From positions 3,212 through 67,211 of the forward strand of contig SVTO01000003.1 in the NCBI GenBank assembly GCA_015063745.1: DNA of 64,000 nucleotides. Direction: 5' to 3'. Positions 34,772 through 42,631 of the stretch are shown here, piece by piece (position 1 is the first letter of the stretch; each line of letters opens with the position of its first letter). The translations under genes were made by a program, and so were the position numbers. This DNA is from Oscillospiraceae bacterium (GTDB lineage Bacteria > Bacillota > Clostridia > Oscillospirales > CAG-272). The notes under the pieces are model-generated. The model was not told where the DNA came from. It saw only the letters and a list, made by a program, of their open reading frames with translations, and did no database searches.

Positions 34772-36058
34772 GTGTTAGATTTAAAGTTTCTGAGAGAAAA
34801 TCCGGATGTTGTCAAGCAGAACATCAAGAACAAGTTCCAGGACAGCAAGCTGCCTCTGGTGGATGAAGTGATTGCTCTGGACGAGGAAAACCGCCGTGTT
34901 ATGCAGGAAGCGGATGAACTGCGTTCCAACCGCAACAAGTTCTCCAAGCAGATCGGTGCTCTGATGGGTCAGGGCAAGAAGGAAGAAGCGGAAGAACTGA
35001 AGAAGCTGGTGAGCGAACAGTCTGCCAAGCTGGCGGAAGATGAAGCAAAGGAAGCGGAACTGGCTGAAAAGATCAAGAAGATCATGATGATCATTCCCAA
35101 CATCATTGATCCCTCCGTGCCGATCGGCAAGGACGACAGCGAAAACGTGGAAATCGAAAAGTTCGGTGAACCTGTTGTTCCGGATTTCGAAATTCCCTAC
35201 CACACCGACATTATGGAACGTTTCAACGGCATTGATCTGGACAGTGCGCGCCGTGTTGCCGGTAACGGTTTCTACTACCTGATGGGTGACATTGCCCGTC
35301 TCCACTCCGCTGTGATCAGCTATGCGAGAGATTTCATGATCGACCGCGGCTTTACCTACTGTGTTCCGCCTTTCATGATCCGTTCCGATGTGGTTACCGG
35401 TGTTATGAGCTTTGCGGAAATGGAAGCCATGATGTACAAGATCGAAGGCGAAGACCTGTATCTGATCGGTACCAGTGAACACTCCATGATCGGTAAGTTT
35501 ATTGATCAGATCATTCCCGAAGAAGAACTGCCCTACACACTGACCAGCTATTCTCCCTGCTTCCGTAAGGAAAAGGGTGCGCACGGTATCGAAGAACGCG
35601 GTGTTTACCGTATTCACCAGTTCGAAAAGCAGGAAATGATCGTTGTCTGCAAGCCCGAAGATTCCATGGCATGGTATGACAAGCTGTGGCAGAATACTGT
35701 GGATCTGTTCCGTTCTCTGGATGTTCCCGTTCGTACGCTGGAGTGCTGCTCCGGTGACCTGGCGGATCTGAAGGTTAAGTCCTGCGACGTAGAAGCATGG
35801 TCTCCCCGTCAGCAGAAGTACTTCGAAGTCGGCTCCTGCTCCAACCTCGGTGATGCTCAGGCCCGCCGTCTGAAGATCCGTGTTGCTGCCGGCAAGAAGA
35901 AGTATCTGGCACACACTCTGAACAATACTGTAGTTGCTCCGCCCCGTATGCTGATTGCGTTCCTTGAAAACAATCTGAACGCGGACGGTTCCGTGAATAT
36001 TCCCGTTGCTCTGCGTCCCTACATGGGCGGCGTAGAAAAGCTGATGCCCAAGAAGTAA
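34772..36058 (+). CDS. serS: seryl-tRNA synthetase
   Basis: 428 aa with an N-terminal coiled-coil arm and a class II core. GTG start 6 nt after GGAGGA. Confidence 0.95.
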   Translation: MLDLKFLRENPDVVKQNIKNKFQDSKLPLVDEVIALDEENRRVMQEADELRSNRNKFSKQIGALMGQGKKEEAEELKKLVSEQSAKLAEDEAKEAELAEKIKKIMMIIPNIIDPSVPIGKDDSENVEIEKFGEPVVPDFEIPYHTDIMERFNGIDLDSARRVAGNGFYYLMGDIARLHSAVISYARDFMIDRGFTYCVPPFMIRSDVVTGVMSFAEMEAMMYKIEGEDLYLIGTSEHSMIGKFIDQIIPEEELPYTLTSYSPCFRKEKGAHGIEERGVYRIHQFEKQEMIVVCKPEDSMAWYDKLWQNTVDLFRSLDVPVRTLECCSGDLADLKVKSCDVEAWSPRQQKYFEVGSCSNLGDAQARRLKIRVAAGKKKYLAHTLNNTVVAPPRMLIAFLENNLNADGSVNIPVALRPYMGGVEKLMPKK

Positions 36059-36073
36059 TTCCGAAGGTGTTTT

Positions 36074-36832
36074 ATGGCTCTGAGAGATTTTTCCAAGGAG
36101 AAGTTTGACATCATCATTCAGGCCGGGCAGTCCAACAGCAACGGTCGGGGTGAGGGATGGGTGGATAATCCGTATGAACCTTCTGAAAATGTCTGGTATC
36201 TCACACCCGAATATACCATCGAGATGGCGAGAGAGTATGTGTCGAAAAATGTTATCTGGTCCAATGCTTCCCTTTCCTTTGTGCGGAAATACATGGAAGC
36301 CGGAATGCTCAATGAGGGTCGAAAGCTCCTGATTCTGCGTACGGCGGTTGACGGTACCAGTTTTTCGGAGAAGCGCTGGACGATGGATGGGGATTTGTAT
36401 CTGCGTATGATGGATATGATCCGTACTGCGCTTGAACTGAATCCGGAAAACAGACTTGTAGCTATACTTTGGCATCAAGGAGAGAATGATGTATATTTCC
36501 AGATGCCGCCGGAAGAATATTATAAGAATCTCTCCGGTCTGGTTCTGTCCATCCGAGATACTTTTGGCACACCTGCGCTTCCCTACATTGCCGGAGATTT
36601 CGTGCCCGGCTGGAAGAAGATATATCCTGTTTCTCCCGATCCGATTCTGAACACGATCAAACGGGTTTGCGAGGATCTGGATTCTGCGGTTTTCGTAAAC
36701 AGTGATGGGCTGATCTCCAATCATGAGGATGTTACCGGCGGAAACGGTAATGGGGATGACATACACTTCTGCCGCAGTTCCATGTATGAATATGGGGAAC
36801 GTTATTTTGAGGCTTTTTGTGGGCTTGTGTAG
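36074..36832 (+). CDS. sialate O-acetylesterase-like (SASA/DUF303) carbohydrate esterase
   Basis: 252 aa with QAGQSNSNGRG and ILWHQGEND motifs. Starts 15 nt after the serS stop with no intervening terminator. Confidence 0.65.
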   Translation: MALRDFSKEKFDIIIQAGQSNSNGRGEGWVDNPYEPSENVWYLTPEYTIEMAREYVSKNVIWSNASLSFVRKYMEAGMLNEGRKLLILRTAVDGTSFSEKRWTMDGDLYLRMMDMIRTALELNPENRLVAILWHQGENDVYFQMPPEEYYKNLSGLVLSIRDTFGTPALPYIAGDFVPGWKKIYPVSPDPILNTIKRVCEDLDSAVFVNSDGLISNHEDVTGGNGNGDDIHFCRSSMYEYGERYFEAFCGLV

Positions 36833-36849
36833 TGATTTTCTAAAATAAT

Positions 36850-36890
36850 AAAACCGTCCGGGTCGTGATTGATTCGGACGGTTTCTTTGC
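36850..36890. terminator. bidirectional rho-independent terminator
   Basis: AAACCGTCCG (36851-36860) / CGGACGGTTT (36875-36884) between convergent genes. Confidence 0.7.
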
Positions 36891-36896
36891 TTATGG

Positions 36897-38168
36897 TCAG
36901 TTTCTTTCGCATGCGTTGATGACTTTAAGTAGTGTCAGTCTGTCACGTACGTAAGGAGCATATTGCAGTGTTTTTTCGATGAATTCCTCTTCGTCAGGCA
37001 GGCCGATTTCGGAAAGACGGGATACACAGTCGGCTTTCTGCATCAGTCCCCGCAGCTCGTCCATGGAGGGGATTTTGGCCCATGCGGCGTGGATGGCTTC
37101 GTCGATTTTTGCTACGTCATCGATGCGGATGCCGTGGAGACTGGAGGATTCGTATGTGCCCTTCGGCATATTTTCCTTCAGGATACCGTCGGTGATTTTG
37201 CCGTAGACGGGTTCCAGATATTCGTGGGAGAATACCTTTTCCAGATTGATGTTTTTGATTTTTTCGTAGTCCAGGCCTTTCTTCATGGCTTTGTCGTATT
37301 TATCCATGACAAGGAGTGTGCCGATGGCTACCTGTTCACCGTGGAGACCGTCGGCTTCTTCGTTGATCAGCTCCATTTCCCACAGATGGGACATATGGTG
37401 TTCAGAAGCGGAACAGGGGCGGGAGTTACCGGTCAGCTGGATAGCGAGGCCGGAGATCAGCAGGGCGTAGAGGACGTTGCGGGTATAGTCCAGTTTGGAC
37501 AGGTTTGCGCGGTTCGCAATGGCTTTACGCACTTCCGTTACGGCATCGTTTGTCAGCTGTTTGATGGTATCACAGATGTATTCGCCGGTCAGGATATGGG
37601 CGGTTTCCCAGTCGAAGAGGGAGACGTATTTACCAAGCACGTCACCTACGCCGGATGCGGTCAGTCTTTCCGGTGCATCGGCACATACGGCGTGGTCTGC
37701 GAATACGGCTGTGGGAGGGGTGGACGGGAAGGAATGTTTCTGACCGTACCATGTCATAGCGGCGATTCCGGACATGAATCCGTCCACGCTGGCTGCGGTA
37801 GGATAGGAAACAAAGGGCAGCTTCAGTTCATGGGCGGCGTATCTTGTGATATCGTGGATGGAACCGGAACCGCAGGCGATCAGGATTTCGGCATTATGAT
37901 TTTTGGTATACTCGATGGCTTCGGCTGCGTAGGTTTCGGTGGCGTGTACATTGCCTTTCAGGACGCAGATATCGGCAGCACTTTCAAAGTTTTTCGTATA
38001 TTTTTCGGTATTTTCATCGCAGAATACGGCGACTTTTTTATAATTGTTTTCCTGCAGCCAGCGGAGCATATCCGTATGCACGTTTTCTTTCAGCACGCAG
38101 ACGCCGGTGATGACGCTGTGCTTTCTTCCGCAGGTACATTCTTCGGGAATGGAGAAGATGTTTTCCAT
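36897..38168 (-). CDS. sn-glycerol-1-phosphate dehydrogenase-like (AraM/EgsA-type, Fe-ADH superfamily)
   Basis: 423 aa with GSGSIHDITRY and TASGVGDVLGKYVSLFDWE, plus a His-rich metal site (SEHHMSH). Confidence 0.55.
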   Translation of the reverse strand: MENIFSIPEECTCGRKHSVITGVCVLKENVHTDMLRWLQENNYKKVAVFCDENTEKYTKNFESAADICVLKGNVHATETYAAEAIEYTKNHNAEILIACGSGSIHDITRYAAHELKLPFVSYPTAASVDGFMSGIAAMTWYGQKHSFPSTPPTAVFADHAVCADAPERLTASGVGDVLGKYVSLFDWETAHILTGEYICDTIKQLTNDAVTEVRKAIANRANLSKLDYTRNVLYALLISGLAIQLTGNSRPCSASEHHMSHLWEMELINEEADGLHGEQVAIGTLLVMDKYDKAMKKGLDYEKIKNINLEKVFSHEYLEPVYGKITDGILKENMPKGTYESSSLHGIRIDDVAKIDEAIHAAWAKIPSMDELRGLMQKADCVSRLSEIGLPDEEEFIEKTLQYAPYVRDRLTLLKVINACERN

Positions 38169-38268
38169 TTTTGTTTACCTCTTTTTTTGGGAAATTTGTC
38201 CCGGAGGGAATATTTCACTTACGGGGACAATAGGATGTATCAGTCTTAATGAGTGTCTGGAGGAAATT

Positions 38269-38763
38269 ATGTTTGTATGTGCCGTTCGTGCGAACACACT
38301 GAAATTCATTGGTATTATCGGTGCGGCCGTTCTGTCCCTTGCCCTGCTGGTACTTTTCATTCCGTCCTACGAAACCGTGACGACCGGGGCTATTGCGGAA
38401 GCTGCCGGATCATTCCGGTATGATAAAATCAAATCGGAGGCGGATGTACGGGCGTTTCTGGAACAGTTTGGCTGGCAGGTTTCCGAATCCCCGACTGAAC
38501 AGGTGGATATACGGATCCCCGGACAGTTTGACAAGGTGATGAATGCCTACAACGAACTGCAGAAAAGTCAGGGACTGGATCTTTCCCGTTACCGTGACAA
38601 GGATGTGGTACGGTACACTTATCAAGTGACCAATTACCCAGATTACAACGGTACTGTATATGCCAATGTGATCGTTTACAAGCACAAGGTGATCGGTGGG
38701 GATATCTGTTCGTCCGATGTTACCGGATTTATTACCGGTTTTATACAGGAAAACAAAAAGTAA
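38269..38763 (+). CDS. DUF4830-like membrane-anchored protein
   Basis: Start ATG 38269 after GGAGGA. One N-terminal TM. FLEQFGWQVSE..YNELQKSQGLDLSRY..VIGGDI resembles DUF4830 proteins of Clostridia. Confidence 0.55.
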   Translation: MFVCAVRANTLKFIGIIGAAVLSLALLVLFIPSYETVTTGAIAEAAGSFRYDKIKSEADVRAFLEQFGWQVSESPTEQVDIRIPGQFDKVMNAYNELQKSQGLDLSRYRDKDVVRYTYQVTNYPDYNGTVYANVIVYKHKVIGGDICSSDVTGFITGFIQENKK

Positions 38764-38770
38764 TATTTTG

Positions 38771-38805
38771 AGAGACCGGTATTTCTGTATCGGTCTCTTT
38801 TTCTT
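38771..38805 (+). terminator. rho-independent terminator
   Basis: AGAGACCG (38771-38778) / CGGTCTCT (38791-38798) followed by a T-run. Confidence 0.7.
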
Positions 38806-38937
38806 GGGTTATTATAAATTATAGCATTTCTGCCCATTATTGTCAAGATTATCGGAGATGCGGGATACTGCGGATGGTAGAAAGATGTTTCATGAAAATG
38901 TATTTCGTATATAATAATTGTTTTTTCGCAGAAATAG

Positions 38938-38966
38938 TTGACATTTATTTACTATTCGTTTATAAT
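38938..38966 (+). promoter_or_regulatory. consensus sigma-A promoter upstream of the acyl-CoA ligase gene
   Basis: TTGACA (38938-38943), 17-nt spacer, TATAAT (38961-38966). Confidence 0.6.
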
Positions 38967-39039
38967 ATATATATCTAATTATATAATCTTCTGATTATAT
39001 GCATTTTTCAGAATTATTTATCTCAGGGGGGACTCTGCT

Positions 39040-40791
39040 TTGAGTGCACAGAACAATACCAAAACTTTTCCCGTGAATGAGGTTACTCCGTTTTCTTCCA
39101 TTCGCGAGATGCTCGATATTGCCGAAAGAGAAGCCGGCGATCATGTTGCCTACAAGTTCCGTGTGAACGATGCTATCCGTGAAGTTACCTACAAGGAATT
39201 TATCCGCGATGTCAATGCACTGGGTTCCGCGCTGACCGAACTCGGCGTTATGGGCGAACATCTCTGCAACATCGGTGAAAACAGCTATCAGTGGATCGTG
39301 GTTTACCTGACCGCTCTGATGGGAACCGGTGTTTATGTTCCGATCGACAAGGAACTGCCCCAGGCTGATATCATGCACATTGCAAACAACAGCGAAAGCA
39401 CTGTTTTCTGCTACACCACCCGTTTCTCCGCTATGGTTCACGAACTGGCGGACAAGGATCTTTCCGGTTTCAAGTACTTCATTCATGTGGAAACACCCGA
39501 AGAAGAAGTGGCTGAAGAAACCGCTCCCCGTTTCCTCAGCTTCCGCAAGCTGATCGAACACGGTAAGGAACTGCTGGACAACGGTTATACCGCTTATCTG
39601 GATCAGGTTGTGGATCACTACGGTCTGAAGATGATCGTTTATACCTCCGGTACCACCGGTATTGCCAAGGGTGTTATGCTCTGCGAACACAACCTCTGCT
39701 CCGGTATTTACTACGGTCTGCAGGTTTCCAACATTCTGACCACCAGCCTGTCCGTACTTCCCTATCACCACACCTATGAAGCCGTTCCCGGTCTGCTGGT
39801 TGCTCTGCACAAGCATGTTACCGTATGCATCAACGAAAACCTGAAGACGGTTATGAAGAATCTGGCTACCTACAAGCCCGACTTCATTTATCTGGTTCCC
39901 GCTTTCGTGGAAGAATTCCATCGCCGTATCTGGCTCAATGCACAGAAATCCGGCAAGGAAAAGGGTCTGAAGGCGCTGATCAAGATTTCCAACGGTCTGC
40001 GCAAGGTTGGTATCGATGCACGCCGCAAGCTGTTTGCTACCATTCACGAAGCATTCGGCGGCAATCTGCAGGAAATCGTATGCGGCGGTGCGCCCATTCG
40101 TCCTGAAATCGGTGCGTTCTTTGACTCCATCGGTATTATGCTGATCAACGGTTACGGTATTACCGAATGTTCTCCTCTGGTTTCCGTAAACCGTATCCAG
40201 TTCAACGACTGGAACACTGTTGGTATGCCTCTGCCCTGCTGCCAGATCCGTATTGATGACGAAACTCCCGAAGGCATCGGCGAAATCTGTGTGAAGGGTG
40301 ACGTGGTTATGCTGGGTTACTACAAGAACCCCGAAGCTACTGCAGAAGTTCTAGATGAAGAAGGCTGGTTCCGTACCGGTGACTACGGTATGATCAACGA
40401 ACACGGTCAGCTGTTGATTACCGGCCGTAAGAAGAACATCATCGTTCTCTCCAACGGTAAGAACATTTATCCGGAAGAAATCGAAAACTATATCATGAAC
40501 ATTCCTTACGTTAAGGAAGTTGTTGTTTACGCTCCCAAGAACGAACACGGCGAAGAAACCAAGCTCGTAGCCGAAGTATTCCTGAACGACGATAAAGTTA
40601 AGGAACTGGAGATCACCGATCCTCAGGCTTCTCTGAAAACCGACGTTGCCAAGGCATGCAAGGAACTGCCCATGTACAAGAAGGTTGCTCAGGTTGTCAT
40701 CCGTGCTACCGAATTCGAAAAGAACTCTTCCAAGAAGATCAAGCGTCAGTGCATTGATCACGCCAAGCTGGACGATGCGGAAGGCAAATAA
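39040..40791 (+). CDS. long-chain fatty acid-CoA ligase (AMP-forming)
   Basis: 583 aa with AMP-binding motifs YTSGTTGIAKGVML, GYGITE and TGDYG. TTG start. Confidence 0.8.
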   Translation: MSAQNNTKTFPVNEVTPFSSIREMLDIAEREAGDHVAYKFRVNDAIREVTYKEFIRDVNALGSALTELGVMGEHLCNIGENSYQWIVVYLTALMGTGVYVPIDKELPQADIMHIANNSESTVFCYTTRFSAMVHELADKDLSGFKYFIHVETPEEEVAEETAPRFLSFRKLIEHGKELLDNGYTAYLDQVVDHYGLKMIVYTSGTTGIAKGVMLCEHNLCSGIYYGLQVSNILTTSLSVLPYHHTYEAVPGLLVALHKHVTVCINENLKTVMKNLATYKPDFIYLVPAFVEEFHRRIWLNAQKSGKEKGLKALIKISNGLRKVGIDARRKLFATIHEAFGGNLQEIVCGGAPIRPEIGAFFDSIGIMLINGYGITECSPLVSVNRIQFNDWNTVGMPLPCCQIRIDDETPEGIGEICVKGDVVMLGYYKNPEATAEVLDEEGWFRTGDYGMINEHGQLLITGRKKNIIVLSNGKNIYPEEIENYIMNIPYVKEVVVYAPKNEHGEETKLVAEVFLNDDKVKELEITDPQASLKTDVAKACKELPMYKKVAQVVIRATEFEKNSSKKIKRQCIDHAKLDDAEGK

Positions 40792-40823
40792 TGCAGATTC
40801 CTGCATAATAATGTACAAATTTC

Positions 40824-40866
40824 CGGGAAGGTACCTGTCAGAACGTACCTTCCCGTTGATTTTTAC
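40824..40866 (+). terminator. rho-independent terminator
   Basis: CGGGAAGGTAC (40824-40834) / GTACCTTCCCG (40845-40855) followed by TTGATTTTT. Confidence 0.7.
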
Positions 40867-41022
40867 GTTTATTTCGTTAGTTTGATTCTGATATATTCAT
40901 ATGCAATGTATATTTATAATATATTATTCCAAAAAACTCTCTAATACAGAGAGCGAAATTGCAGGTAATTTTGAGTAAATTGTAGTTTTTTCTCAAAGTC
41001 GCGTTTTTTTACTCGATACATA

Positions 41023-41051
41023 TTGCAATTTGTTTGATTTTGTGGTATATT
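41023..41051 (+). promoter_or_regulatory. sigma-A promoter of gdhA
   Basis: TTGCAA (41023-41028), 17-nt spacer with an extended TG, TATATT (41046-41051). Confidence 0.55.
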
Positions 41052-41088
41052 ATTACCGATAAATTTTCATGTATTTGGAGGAATACCA

Positions 41089-42432
41089 ATGAGTTACTTA
41101 CATGATGTACTCGCTATGGCTGAAAAGAAATATGCAGATCAGCCTGAATTTCTGCAGACCGTAAAAGAAGTTCTCGAATCTCTCGAGCCTGTTATCAACA
41201 AGAATGAAGAACTTTACAAGAGAGAAGCCATTCTCGAACGTATCATCGAACCCGATCGTCAGATTATTTTCCGTGTGCCGTGGGTAGATGACAACGGTCA
41301 GATCCGTGTAAATACCGGTTACCGTGTTCAGTTCAACAGCTCCATCGGTCCTTACAAGGGAGGTCTGCGTTTCCATCCTTCCGTAAACCTCAGCATTATC
41401 AAGTTCCTCGGTTTTGAACAGACCTTCAAGAACTCTCTCACCAGCCTTCCCATGGGCGGCGGTAAGGGCGGTTCCGACTTCGACCCCACCGGTAAGTCCG
41501 ACCGCGAAGTTATGGCATTCTGTCAGAGCTTCATGACTGAGCTTGCCAAGTACATCGGTCCCGATACTGACGTTCCCGCAGGTGACATCGGTGTTGGTGC
41601 AAGAGAAATCGGTTATCTGTTCGGCCAGTACAAGAGACTCCGCGACGAATTCACCGGCGTTCTGACCGGTAAGGGTATTCCCTACGGCGGTTCTCTGATC
41701 CGTCCCGAAGCTACCGGTTTCGGTGCTGTTTACTATGCAGTTGAAATGCTCAAGTATTTCGGTGACAGCATTGAAGGCAAGACCTTCGCTGTTTCCGGCT
41801 TCGGTAATGTAGCCTGGGGTACCGTTAAAAAGATCGCTGAACTGGGTGGTAAGGTTGTTACCATTTCCGGTCCCGACGGTTACATCTATGATCCCGATGG
41901 CGTAAGCACTCCCGAAAAGATCGACTACCTCCTGGAAATGCGTGCTTCCTGCCGCAACAAGGTTCAGGACTATGCCGATAAGTTCGGCGTTCAGTTCTTC
42001 CCCGGCGAAAAGCCCTGGGGTGTTAAGGTTGACATCGTTATGCCTTGCGCTACCCAGAACGAAGTTGGTATGGCTGAAGCTGAAAAGATCGTTGCCAACG
42101 GTGTTAAGTACTATGTTGAAGTTTCCAACATGCCCACCACCAATGAAGCTGTTGCTTACCTCAAGGCAAACGGCGTGATCGTTGCTCCTTCCAAGGCTGT
42201 TAACGCCGGCGGTGTTTCCGTTTCCGGTCTCGAAATGTCCCAGAACTCCATGCGTTATTCCTGGACTGCCGCAGAAGTTGACGAAAAGCTCAAGGGTATC
42301 ATGAAGAACATCTTCGACAACTCCGTTAAGGCTGCTCACGAATATGACCTCGGTGATGACCTCGTTGCCGGTGCCAATATCGCAGGCTTTACTAAGGTTG
42401 TAGCCGCTATGCTCGCACACGGTGCTTGCTGA
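41089..42432 (+). CDS. gdhA: NADP-specific glutamate dehydrogenase
   Basis: 447 aa with PMGGGKGGSDFDP and GFGNVAWG dinucleotide motifs. GGAGGA RBS. Confidence 0.93.
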   Translation: MSYLHDVLAMAEKKYADQPEFLQTVKEVLESLEPVINKNEELYKREAILERIIEPDRQIIFRVPWVDDNGQIRVNTGYRVQFNSSIGPYKGGLRFHPSVNLSIIKFLGFEQTFKNSLTSLPMGGGKGGSDFDPTGKSDREVMAFCQSFMTELAKYIGPDTDVPAGDIGVGAREIGYLFGQYKRLRDEFTGVLTGKGIPYGGSLIRPEATGFGAVYYAVEMLKYFGDSIEGKTFAVSGFGNVAWGTVKKIAELGGKVVTISGPDGYIYDPDGVSTPEKIDYLLEMRASCRNKVQDYADKFGVQFFPGEKPWGVKVDIVMPCATQNEVGMAEAEKIVANGVKYYVEVSNMPTTNEAVAYLKANGVIVAPSKAVNAGGVSVSGLEMSQNSMRYSWTAAEVDEKLKGIMKNIFDNSVKAAHEYDLGDDLVAGANIAGFTKVVAAMLAHGAC

Positions 42433-42455
42433 GTGAATTGAAATATTTTGGTTTT

Positions 42456-42525
42456 CCGGGGGAAGGAGAAAAACTTTTTGGAAAAAGTCTTTCTCCTTCC
42501 CCCGGACCCCTTTTCTCTTTTCAAA
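42456..42525 (+). terminator. long-stem rho-independent terminator
   Basis: CCGGGGGAAGGAGAA (42456-42470) / TTCTCCTTCCCCCGG (42491-42505) with an inner ACTTTTT/AAAAAGT extension, then a T-rich tract. Confidence 0.7.
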
Positions 42526-42631
42526 AACTTTGGAATAATTTTTGCTGTCGCTTGTTTGGCGGCAGTTTTTTTGTTATTTTTTCTGTTGGTTTTGCATAGG
42601 ATATGGCAGATTCTGTTTGGGAAGGGTTCAT

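Noticed and set aside
34781-36766. 661-aa minus-strand ORF spanning serS and the esterase gene.
   Set aside because: Same mirror-frame artefact. It crosses an intergenic region and two unrelated genes, and has no motifs.
41098-42420. 440-aa minus-strand ORF antisense to gdhA. Similar shadow ORFs occur at 1994-3340, 28306-29409, 29657-30838, 36963-38249, 38995-40047, 46067-47179, 50184-51788, 51487-53061, 55500-56453, 56483-57280, 57423-58175, 58623-59699 and 59941-61011.
   Set aside because: Each lies opposite a confidently identified gene, is codon-aligned or nearly so, and is compositionally biased without domains. I treat them as shadow ORFs.
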